Origin: Bacilli bacterium
Lineage (GTDB): Bacteria > Bacillota_I > Bacilli_A > RFN20 > CAG-826
Direction of reading: 5' to 3'
NCBI GenBank assembly: GCA_017447165.1
Contig: JAFSOD010000003.1
Span: 100,801-164,800, forward strand
Length of the DNA: 64,000 bases
A program made the translations under genes and the position numbers. Shown here one piece after another: positions 8,552 to 16,431 of this stretch. The notes under the pieces were generated by a model. It was not told where the DNA came from. It did not search any database and worked only from the letters and a program-made list of their open reading frames with translations. Each line of letters begins with the position of its first letter. Positions within the stretch are counted from its first letter, which is position 1.

Positions 8552-8663
8552 GGATAATCCGCCAGAATCAACTATTTTTAGTCACTTTTGGCGACTTATA
8601 CGCATTTTTTATGTGGATAATCCGCCAGAAATGACTATTTTTACCAACTTTTGGCGAATTATA
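8552..8663. repeat. Paired palindromic repeat, 112 bp, right copy (same orientation as 6999-7110)
   Basis: ggataatccgccagaatcaactatttttagtcacttttggcgacttata - cgcattttttatgt - ggataatccgccagaaatgactatttttaccaacttttggcgaattata. It ends 27 nt upstream of the ATPase start codon. Confidence 0.9.
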
Positions 8664-8675
8664 GTTTTTCAATTC

Positions 8676-8717
8676 CAAGAAAAAAGGGCGTTAAGATTTT
8701 AATTTCTTAACAGCCCC
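8676..8717 (-). terminator. Rho-independent terminator of the collagen-like lipoprotein gene
   Basis: Minus strand: GGGCTGTTAAGA / TCTTAACGCCC stem (one bulge), 8-nt loop, then TTTTTTCTT. Confidence 0.7.
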
Positions 8718-8728
8718 TTAATAATGCA

Positions 8729-11662
8729 TTAACGTAATCTAACTGTTATGCCGTTATCAAAATCCAATTCCTCATAATTCCAAATTTCTGAATCAAATAA
8801 TAAATCATTAGCATAAAATGATTCTGAATCAACAACAAATTTAGTGACTGAAGTACCTTTATTCTGATTGTTGCCGGTAGAATAACTCATTGTATTTATT
8901 TTATAGCAGTTTGTGACAACAGCGTTAACGCCAATGTCTGAAAAAGTCTCAACGCTAGTACCGGCAAGATTTCCCAAAGCTAAACAATTTCTAATTACAT
9001 TATTTGTAGTAGAAGATCCTCCGTTCGCAAAAGAACTAAGTTGACCAGATCCCCACGAGCTACCAGTTGTTTTATTTAACGTAATTGTTCCAATATTTAC
9101 GCAACTATCAATTGTGCTTTCATTTAATCCAGCAATTCCAGCGGCAAACGAGTTAAGTCCGCTCCAATTTCCTGCTGTGGCGGTTTGTCTATCAATCAAA
9201 GTAACATTGCCGAGATTAATACAGTTCAAAATCAAAGCTCCAGACATGTTTTTACCACAAATACCACCAAGATAAACACTTCTAGCACTACTTGAACTTC
9301 TCGTTGCAGTCATAGCTACATTTATATCAACCTGGCAATTCATAATAGTGCCGTAATTTAAGCCAACAAGTCCACCACCAACTTTACTACTATTGTTCCA
9401 TGAATCATAGTCAGCTTCTCCTTGAATTTTAACATTTTTAATAGTTCCATAGTTAAAACTAATAAAACCAAAATTATCTGTTTCGTTTCCTTTGGTTGCC
9501 TTAAAATTATAAATTCTATGACCACCACCATCGAATATACCAGTAAAGTGATTCTCTGCTGTGCCAAATCTAACATTGACATCTTGATAGTCAGTCATAT
9601 CAATGTCAGCAGTGAGTAAATATTTACCATCCATCTTATAAATTGATGCTAATTCATCGGCGTTATTAATCAAAATGTAATCTGAATATGGATCAATCCA
9701 GTCCCATTTAGCATAGAAAGTATAATCACGATCAGCGACAACTGGCCAACTAACTGGCTCAGTTAATTCTTCATCATAATACCAACCCGCAAAATTATAT
9801 CCTTCATATGTACCTTCATATCCACCATATCCATAAATATTACCGCCATCAAACCATGAATTAACAAGATTTTCTTGACCACCATTTCTTACCCATGTCA
9901 CTGTGTGATAAATTGGTGACCATTTTGCGTAAACGGTAATATCACTATGTATATTATTTCCATATGTAAAAGGTGTTTCAAAATATTCATCTACATACCA
10001 GCCAGCAAATTGATAATGAGGTTTAGTTGGAGTTGATAATTCATTTACGGCCGTGCCTGCATCAAAATATGTTTTATCCAGCGTGTATTCGCTATTAGTA
10101 ACATAAGTTACTGAATAGCTATTAATTATCCATTTTGCCCATAAATCGACTTGTGTTAATACTGTATATGGAAGTGAGATACGGTTTTCTAACTGTTCAT
10201 CTAAATACCAACCCGCAAATTCATAATCCTCTCTACCGATTATTGGTAAATCGTTGATAACAAATCCATGTACAACGTGCCACGATTCAGCAAGATTTCC
10301 ACCATTAGAATGGAATGTTACTGCATGAAGTGGATACGATTCGTATCTAGCATAAACAGTCATATCTCTTGTAACAGGTGTTAAAGTTGTAAATTGACCA
10401 TCATTTAATGAAAGCCCATTGTACCAACCAATAAATCTATAATCAGTTTTGGTAGGAGTTGGTAAATTACTTATAGAATGGAATGCTTCAACTTCAACTG
10501 TTGTTTCATATCCTTCTGGCATTATTCCATCCTGTACATCAAAAGTAACAATATATGTCACACCATATAAATCTGAATCATGACCAGTTTCGCCTTTGAT
10601 ATTGCCCTTTAAAGTCCATGTATCATTTTCTTTTACATAGTAATCCCAAGTTAAGAGATTAATGTATGAATCACCATTACTTCCTAAATCATAATTAGGG
10701 GTGCCACTACCGGTTAAAACAGAAGAGCCATCTTTTCCCTTTTCCCCTTGTTCACCTTGTGGGCCTTGTTCACCAGTATCGCCTTTAGGACCTTGTGCCT
10801 TAATGCCGGTATCTGCTCCATCAACAAACCAGTTACCATTACTACCAATTGTAATTACTGGTGTATGACCGTCTTGACCAGGTTCTCCCTGGATACCTTG
10901 AGGGCCATCAGCACCATTTGTAACGTAAAATAATGAACTACGGCCATCACTATATCTAATTTCATACGTATCCACATTTTCGGGAGAAGTTGCTATTAAA
11001 TCAATGCTCATAATAGATACACCATCACGACCATCAATACCATTAGATCCGTCTTCACCATTAATTCCAGGCATACCATCTTGACCATTCTCGCCTTTGA
11101 TATTGCCAATAAGTGACCACCAATCGAATTCTTTAACATAAAAATCCCATGATGATAAGTCAATGTAAGAATCTCCATTTTTTCCTAGCTCATTATCTGG
11201 ATAACCATAGCCAGTTAAAACCGATGTGCCATCGGCGCCTTTTTCACCTTGGATACCTTGAGCACCAGTATCACCTTTTGGACCTTGCGCTTTAATGCCA
11301 GTATCTACATCATCGACAAACCAATTTCCATTCGCACCAATTGAGATTACTGGATTATGTCCGTCTTGACCAGGATTTCCTTGAATACCTTGTTCTCCAT
11401 CTTGACCATTGGTGATATTAAATGAAGACGATGTTCCATCAGAATAAAAAATCGTATACGTGTCCACTAAACCATCTGATGATGTTTTATCTATAGAAAC
11501 AACAGAAACGCCATCATGTCCAGCTGGTCCTTGAGGTCCGGTTTCTCCTTGTTCGCCTTGTGGACCTACTGGTCCTCTTTCTCCTTGTTGAGTCCCACAA
11601 GACACTAATGAAAGCGACAACAGAAACGCTATTATTGCTTTTTTGTTTAATACTTTAATCAT
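8729..11662 (-). CDS. Mosaic surface lipoprotein with collagen-like GXY repeats, Listeria-Bacteroides (Flg_new-type) repeats and a GLUG-motif C-terminal region
   Basis: Lipobox LSLVSC (Cys22). GXY runs such as GERGPVGPQGEQGETGPQGPAGHDG. Four modules of the type VTF..NGG...F.GWY.....VYAKW. C-terminal repeats GGLVGLNYGTIMNC, GGICGKNMSGALILNC and AGIAGLNESTIDSC. Confidence 0.85.
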   Translation of the reverse strand: MIKVLNKKAIIAFLLSLSLVSCGTQQGERGPVGPQGEQGETGPQGPAGHDGVSVVSIDKTSSDGLVDTYTIFYSDGTSSSFNITNGQDGEQGIQGNPGQDGHNPVISIGANGNWFVDDVDTGIKAQGPKGDTGAQGIQGEKGADGTSVLTGYGYPDNELGKNGDSYIDLSSWDFYVKEFDWWSLIGNIKGENGQDGMPGINGEDGSNGIDGRDGVSIMSIDLIATSPENVDTYEIRYSDGRSSLFYVTNGADGPQGIQGEPGQDGHTPVITIGSNGNWFVDGADTGIKAQGPKGDTGEQGPQGEQGEKGKDGSSVLTGSGTPNYDLGSNGDSYINLLTWDYYVKENDTWTLKGNIKGETGHDSDLYGVTYIVTFDVQDGIMPEGYETTVEVEAFHSISNLPTPTKTDYRFIGWYNGLSLNDGQFTTLTPVTRDMTVYARYESYPLHAVTFHSNGGNLAESWHVVHGFVINDLPIIGREDYEFAGWYLDEQLENRISLPYTVLTQVDLWAKWIINSYSVTYVTNSEYTLDKTYFDAGTAVNELSTPTKPHYQFAGWYVDEYFETPFTYGNNIHSDITVYAKWSPIYHTVTWVRNGGQENLVNSWFDGGNIYGYGGYEGTYEGYNFAGWYYDEELTEPVSWPVVADRDYTFYAKWDWIDPYSDYILINNADELASIYKMDGKYLLTADIDMTDYQDVNVRFGTAENHFTGIFDGGGHRIYNFKATKGNETDNFGFISFNYGTIKNVKIQGEADYDSWNNSSKVGGGLVGLNYGTIMNCQVDINVAMTATRSSSSARSVYLGGICGKNMSGALILNCINLGNVTLIDRQTATAGNWSGLNSFAAGIAGLNESTIDSCVNIGTITLNKTTGSSWGSGQLSSFANGGSSTTNNVIRNCLALGNLAGTSVETFSDIGVNAVVTNCYKINTMSYSTGNNQNKGTSVTKFVVDSESFYANDLLFDSEIWNYEELDFDNGITVRLR
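10583..11584 (-). repeat. Internal tandem duplication (two modules of about 165 codons) inside the collagen-like gene
   Basis: Residues about 27-190 and 191-358 align, for example GVSVVSID..TYTIFYSDGTSSSFNITNG..NGNWFVDDVDTGIKAQGPKGDTG..NIKGE versus GVSIMSID..TYEIRYSDGRSSLFYVTNG..NGNWFVDGADTGIKAQGPKGDTG..NIKGE. Confidence 0.85.
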
Positions 11663-11795
11663 TGTTTTTTTCTCCTAGTATTTTTATTAGTAATTTTTAT
11701 ATTTTTGTATCCAAAACCAAATAATGAATGACGATGTATAAATAACCAGTAATTATTTAAAATGTATCAATTATTAATTTGTTAATATAAATTCA

Positions 11796-11939
11796 TTATA
11801 TGAATATGTCACCATCGGTGCAGTGCACCACCTTAGCAGGAACATATTCATGCCAAGGCGGAGCTTTTGTGATTACATTCCGTTCTGTAATGGTTCCGTT
11901 GTACGTGATTGATGTTAATGACGAACAATTAGAGCAAAA
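11796..11939 (-). pseudogene. Relic of the 3-prime end of a BspA-type leucine-rich-repeat surface protein gene
   Basis: The minus frame reads FCSNCSSLTSITYNGTITERNVITKAPPWHEYVPAKVVHCTDGDIFI then TAA (11796-11798). There is no start codon or upstream LRR body. The pattern matches the C-terminus of the 51010-52095 product (FFNCVELERINYGGTKAEWRKIKRGSNW...EVVCLDGTII). It forms a local GC-rich island in an AT-rich spacer. Confidence 0.6.
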
Positions 11940-11968
11940 ATAGAAAAAATGAAACGTTTTTTATATTT

Positions 11969-12985
11969 TTAATAAGACTTTTTAGCGGTAATTCTAGCAG
12001 CAATAGCTAATACTAGCGACACTCCACAGAAAACTAAGAAAATAATTGAATAACTATTAAAGCCAAATGAATATGCAGCTCCACCATAATTAGTTGCAGA
12101 ACAAGTGCCTAATACTCCTAAAAAACCAACCATCATAAATACTGCGACAATAATTGGAAACACAATCATTTGAGCAGCAACAGTTTTTGGACTGATTGGT
12201 TTAGGTTTTTTCTTAGAACCGGCGTTATCAAGCGAACACGCAAGTGAAGGGATAGCGCATGAAATAACCATAACAAATAATAATCCAAAAACACCAATAA
12301 TATATGGTGCAGTAAATTTGCTACCAACGTGAGCGCTAAACGCTTTGCCGAATTTAACCATGTTTTCAAGGAAAAAGGCAAAACCATTTATGCTTCTTTC
12401 TACTCCATCACTTGTAACTATGTATTTTGAATAAGCTGCAAAATATAATGAAAATACTGAAACAAAAATTGCTAGCCCTGAAAGAATCATCGGTACAAGT
12501 GCAGATTTATCTTTTTGTGTAAATTCAACAGTGCGATAGACAATTCCAGCAACTGTAACAATTAATAAAGCAGAAAAGGCAATAATTGTGCCAATACCTA
12601 ATGAATATTCATCATAGTCACCATAACAGAAAAAAATCAAAACATATGAAAGAGTAGGAACTAAAACAGTAGATATATAACTTGCTGTTTTTAATTTTTC
12701 CTGACCTTTTAAAAATTTCACAGCGTTAATAATTGAAAATACTAGCCCAATTACAAAACCAATTAATCCGCCAAGTAAAAATATCAATTCACAAGCACCT
12801 TGGGCGACAACAAGCTTGTCATCAAACGACAATTTTTGTCCCACATTGGTAAAGATTTCTTTCAAACTTGAAACAGTGAAAGATTCAACCGCTACAAATG
12901 GCAAAAATAACGAAACAGTTACTAAAACTATGCCTAAACAAAGCACTCCAAAAATTACATAATCAATTACTTTTTTCTTCTCCAT
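11969..12985 (-). CDS. Polytopic membrane protein, function unknown
   Basis: 338 aa with about 9 hydrophobic segments. I recognise no family. Confidence 0.7.
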   Translation of the reverse strand: MEKKKVIDYVIFGVLCLGIVLVTVSLFLPFVAVESFTVSSLKEIFTNVGQKLSFDDKLVVAQGACELIFLLGGLIGFVIGLVFSIINAVKFLKGQEKLKTASYISTVLVPTLSYVLIFFCYGDYDEYSLGIGTIIAFSALLIVTVAGIVYRTVEFTQKDKSALVPMILSGLAIFVSVFSLYFAAYSKYIVTSDGVERSINGFAFFLENMVKFGKAFSAHVGSKFTAPYIIGVFGLLFVMVISCAIPSLACSLDNAGSKKKPKPISPKTVAAQMIVFPIIVAVFMMVGFLGVLGTCSATNYGGAAYSFGFNSYSIIFLVFCGVSLVLAIAARITAKKSY

Positions 12986-13190
12986 ATTTTTTCCCCCTCA
13001 AAAAAGTAGTTTATTTGATACAAGTATAAGTATACGAAGAAGAAGAAGAAGCAAGCACTCTTTATGTATGAGTGCTAATTACCATTTGTTAAATGGTAAA
13101 TATGATCTCACTTGATGTGATATACCAAAAGTAGGCTCTTATGAAATAAGAGGTAATATAAAAGCATATACTAAGCAAGTAATCAAATAT

Positions 13191-13237
13191 CATAATCCGT
13201 CGAAATCAACTTTTTTAGCCACTTTTGGCGAATTATA
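13191..13237. repeat. Single, diverged copy of the palindromic repeat unit
   Basis: cataatccgtcgaaatcaacttttttagccacttttggcgaattata. The following about 25 nt (gtttttctatctcaagaaaaaaa) also resemble the sequence following the 8552-8663 copy (gtttttcaattccaagaaaaaag). Confidence 0.8.
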
Positions 13238-13252
13238 GTTTTTCTATCTCAA

Positions 13253-13277
13253 GAAAAAAACGCTCGCGAGGAGCGTT
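13253..13277 (-). terminator. Rho-independent terminator of the flavodoxin-FDP-rubredoxin operon
   Basis: Minus strand: AACGCTC - ctcgc - GAGCGTT followed by TTTTTTTCTT. Confidence 0.75.
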
Positions 13278-13283
13278 ATCTTC

Positions 13284-13439
13284 TTATTCTTTTTGGAACA
13301 TGTCTTTGCCGACGCCACACCATGGGCAGACAAAGTCTTCTGGAAGATCTTCAAATTTAGTTCCAGGAGCGATTCCCATTTCTGGACATCCCTCATCTTC
13401 GTCATAGACGAATCCACATGCAGTACAAACGTATTTCAT
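13284..13439 (-). CDS. rub: Rubredoxin (51 aa; absent from the ORF track because it is under 60 aa)
   Basis: [51 protein letters not shown] carries the two CxxC pairs and the DLPxDxxCPxC rubredoxin signature. SD AAGGA lies upstream. Confidence 0.9.
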   Translation of the reverse strand: MKYVCTACGFVYDEDEGCPEMGIAPGTKFEDLPEDFVCPWCGVGKDMFQKE

Positions 13440-13455
13440 TGTGATTTTTCCTTTC

Positions 13456-15261
13456 TTATTTTATTGGTTCAAAATCAGCCGCGCCATGTTTACAAAGTGG
13501 ACAGACAAAATCTTCTGGAAGTTCATCTCCTTCATAAACGTAGCCACATACTTTACAAACGTAGCCTTTCTTTTTAGCGGTGTCTGGTTTTGGTTTGACA
13601 TTCGCTTGATAATAATTATAAGTCATTGTCTCGACATTATTAATGATTTTACTTTCAGTAACAGAGCAAATAAACATGCCATGAGTATCTAAATCAACAT
13701 AGTTATCAACTTTTAATGAAATGAAAGCGTTAACGTAGTTAGGTAAGACCACTAATCCATTTTCACTTCTAATTACTTCTTTACCCGCAAATTTATCTTT
13801 GTCCTTACCAGATACAAAGCCATACTCTTGGAACACTGAGAAAGGTGCTTCAACATTTAAACAGTTCACATTAAGAACACCGGTCTTTTTAATGATGTCA
13901 TGAGAATAGTTAGCTTTATTAATATTAACCGCGACTCTAAGAGGGGAATCGGTTAATTGAGAAACTGTATTCACAATTAAGCCGTTATCTTTAGCTCCAT
14001 CTTTAGATGTTACGACATATAAACCATATCCAATCTTAAATAAGGCTTTTGGATCAAGTTCTGGTTTCTTTTCTTCTTTGATTTCTTTATGAGCTTTATA
14101 TTCAGCGCATAATGTTTCTGATAAAGCAGAAATTTGGGCTTTATTTTCTTCAGTCATCGCTGATAAAATTCTGACTTTTGGCTCGATAATCTCAACATTC
14201 TTGCAACCAGAGAGTTTATCACTCATAACTTTAGCCGCCATAGGAGCCCAGGTACCATTTTCAATTAAACCAATTTTCTTATTTTGGAAGTTACGCTCCA
14301 CTAAGTGAGCAATAAATGTATCCATAAATGGGAAGATTCCCGCATTATAGGTAGTTGTGGCTAAAACAATCTTGCCATATCTAAACGCGTCTTCAACGCA
14401 TTCAGGCATGTCATCACGCGCTAAATCGCTACATGCAACTTTTGGACAGCCAAGTCTTTTTAATTCTTCACACAAGAACTCCACTGCTTTTTTGGTGTGG
14501 CCATAAACTGAAGTATAAAAGACTGCTACACCTTCAGATTCAGTTCTATAAGAACTCCATGTGTCATATTGTTTTAAATAGTGACCTAAATCATGGTCGA
14601 GTACTGGTCCATGAAGTGGACAAATAATTTGAATATCTAAAGTCGCGGCTTTTTTTAATAAAGCTTGGACTTGTGCGCCGTATTTACCAACAATACCGAT
14701 GTAGTATCTTCTAGCTTCACAATCCCATCCTTCAGGATCTTCAACGTCATTAGCGCCAAATTTGCCAAACCCGTCCGCAGAGAATAAGACTTTATCATAA
14801 CTATCATAAGTGACCATTACTTCTGGCCAATGCACCATAGGTGCAAAAACAAATGTTAAGATGTGTTTACCTAAATTTAAGGTATCACCTTCATTAACGA
14901 CAATTCTATTTTTAATCTCTTCATGGAAGAATTGTTCCATCATTTTAAAGGTTTTCGCGTTACCTAATACTTTTGCGGATGGATATTCTTTTAAGAAATT
15001 GATGATATTCGCGGAATGGTCTGGTTCCATATGTTGAACTACTAAGATGTCAGGTTTTCTATCTCCTAACACTTCTTTGATGTTGGCTAACCATTCTTTA
15101 GTAAAGTGTTGGTCGACTGTGTCCATGACCACCACTAAATCATCAACGATGACATAAGAGTTATACGCCATTCCTAAAGGAACAACATATTGACCTTCAA
15201 ATAAATCTATTTGATGGTCATTAACCCCAACATAATAAATATCTTTTGTGACATTCTTCAT
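13456..15261 (-). CDS. Multidomain flavodiiron protein: metallo-beta-lactamase-like diiron core, flavodoxin-like domain, flavin-reductase-like domain and a C-terminal rubredoxin domain
   Basis: HMEPDH diiron motif. Flavodoxin-like [18 protein letters not shown] split-barrel-like segment [25 protein letters not shown]-terminal [27 protein letters not shown]. The likely start is the ATG at 15261 (MKNVTKD), with GGAG 7 nt upstream. The ORF-track start at 15279 overlaps the flavodoxin gene. Confidence 0.88.
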   Translation of the reverse strand: MKNVTKDIYYVGVNDHQIDLFEGQYVVPLGMAYNSYVIVDDLVVVMDTVDQHFTKEWLANIKEVLGDRKPDILVVQHMEPDHSANIINFLKEYPSAKVLGNAKTFKMMEQFFHEEIKNRIVVNEGDTLNLGKHILTFVFAPMVHWPEVMVTYDSYDKVLFSADGFGKFGANDVEDPEGWDCEARRYYIGIVGKYGAQVQALLKKAATLDIQIICPLHGPVLDHDLGHYLKQYDTWSSYRTESEGVAVFYTSVYGHTKKAVEFLCEELKRLGCPKVACSDLARDDMPECVEDAFRYGKIVLATTTYNAGIFPFMDTFIAHLVERNFQNKKIGLIENGTWAPMAAKVMSDKLSGCKNVEIIEPKVRILSAMTEENKAQISALSETLCAEYKAHKEIKEEKKPELDPKALFKIGYGLYVVTSKDGAKDNGLIVNTVSQLTDSPLRVAVNINKANYSHDIIKKTGVLNVNCLNVEAPFSVFQEYGFVSGKDKDKFAGKEVIRSENGLVVLPNYVNAFISLKVDNYVDLDTHGMFICSVTESKIINNVETMTYNYYQANVKPKPDTAKKKGYVCKVCGYVYEGDELPEDFVCPLCKHGAADFEPIK

Positions 15262-15263
15262 AA

Positions 15264-15770
15264 TTAGGCTCCTATCCAAGCATTAAGCTTGTCATCAATT
15301 TGATTTACTTCGCTTCCTTTACAAGCAAATCCTTTTTTAATTAACGCTCCTTTTAAAGAACCTTTAAGTTCAAGTTCAGCTAATCCTAATGCCCCTTCTT
15401 CGTTAGTGGCAAAAGGATAAACAGTTTTACCTATCCAAGAATGATCTTTTATAAAGCTAGCGACAATTCTAGGATAGGTTCTCCACCAGCATGGGAAGCC
15501 TAAATAAATCACATCGTATTCATCTAATGATGAAAGTGGATTTTTATAAGCAACCTTTTCATTATATTGATCTTCAATTTTGCTTCTTTTTACACATTCT
15601 TGATAATTGGTGGGATATGGAATTTCTGGTTCTAATTTATAAAGCTCACCACCAGTTTTAGCAGCGATTTTTTCTGCAACGATTTCTGTAAAACCTTTGG
15701 TGATTACTTCCATTTCGCCATTAACAGAATTCTCTCCAGTACGTGAGAAATATACAATTAATGTTTTCAT
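15264..15770 (-). CDS. Flavodoxin-like protein
   Basis: 168 aa. MKTLIVYFSRTGEN is a typical flavodoxin-fold N-terminus. First gene of the operon. Confidence 0.8.
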   Translation of the reverse strand: MKTLIVYFSRTGENSVNGEMEVITKGFTEIVAEKIAAKTGGELYKLEPEIPYPTNYQECVKRSKIEDQYNEKVAYKNPLSSLDEYDVIYLGFPCWWRTYPRIVASFIKDHSWIGKTVYPFATNEEGALGLAELELKGSLKGALIKKGFACKGSEVNQIDDKLNAWIGA

Positions 15771-15794
15771 AAGTTATTTACCTCAAGCATTATT

Positions 15795-15810
15795 ATTACA
15801 AATTTGTAAT
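15795..15810. promoter_or_regulatory. Perfect 16-bp palindrome ATTACAAATTTGTAAT, 25 nt upstream of the flavodoxin start codon (candidate operator)
   Basis: The sequence equals its own reverse complement and lies between the putative promoter and the SD (GAGGT) of the operon. Confidence 0.35.
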
Positions 15811-15938
15811 TTTTAATAAATGAATAAGTTTAGAAAATGTCTAAATAATCAAAAATAGTAATTGAAAGAAGTGAGATAATCTCTTATATTTGATTTGTTC
15901 TTATTCCTTTTGAAGGTTGGACACTAAAGGAGAAACTT

Positions 15939-16409
15939 ATGAAAACAATGATTATGTTAAGCGCGATACCTGCGTCTGGGAAATCGACCTGGGCTAAAGA
16001 GTATCAAGCTAGTCACCCAAACACTTATATTGTTAATAGTGACGAAGTGAGAATGGAAGTTACTCATGGAGACTTCCAAGATCACAGCAAACAAAAAGAA
16101 GTTTGGGAACTTTTTGAAAAAAGAATTCATGAATACGCCGCTAAAGGTGAAGATGTTACAGTTATTGTAGACGCTCTTAACGATGTAAATGCGGTAAGAT
16201 TAAAATATTTATCCACTACTCCAGAATTTGATAAAAAGATTTTAGTCTTATTCCCTAATAGCCTAGAAAAATCTAGAAAATATAACAACTTAAGAGAAGT
16301 TGCCTTACGAGTTCCTGATGATATATTAGTGGGCCTTGTTAATAAATTTGAAAAGCCTAGTCAAGAAGTCCTTGATCTAGTGGATGAAGTAATTGAAGTT
16401 AATTGGTAA
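15939..16409 (+). CDS. P-loop kinase/ATPase (AAA_33 / polynucleotide-kinase-like)
   Basis: 156 aa. Walker A AIPASGKST at the N-terminus. SD AAGGAG upstream. Confidence 0.7.
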   Translation: MKTMIMLSAIPASGKSTWAKEYQASHPNTYIVNSDEVRMEVTHGDFQDHSKQKEVWELFEKRIHEYAAKGEDVTVIVDALNDVNAVRLKYLSTTPEFDKKILVLFPNSLEKSRKYNNLREVALRVPDDILVGLVNKFEKPSQEVLDLVDEVIEVNW

Positions 16410-16431
16410 GTCTTAGACTTACCATTTTATT

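Noticed and set aside
6999-8663. The palindromic repeats as a CRISPR array.
   Set aside because: There are only two units per cluster. They are separated by a nearly identical 14-nt spacer rather than unique spacers of about 30 nt, and no cas genes are present.
11796-11945. A GC-rich segment with nested palindromes (ATGAATATGT...ACATATTCAT; GGTGCA-g-TGCACC) upstream of the collagen-like gene. I considered a riboswitch, for example a c-di-GMP class, because adhesin genes are often regulated that way.
   Set aside because: The conserved GEMM-type elements (GCAAAC..., GACGCAAAGC) are not present. The minus strand translates cleanly into a recognisable LRR-protein C-terminus, so a gene relic explains the GC content better. 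The 47-aa plus-strand ORF (11800-11943) has no SD and is probably an antisense artefact.
13225-13692. Plus-strand ORFs 13225-13407, 13293-13577 and 13441-13692.
   Set aside because: They are antisense to the rubredoxin gene and to the rubredoxin and flavin-reductase part of the FDP gene, whose products carry clear motifs. They have no SD and their composition is not protein-like.
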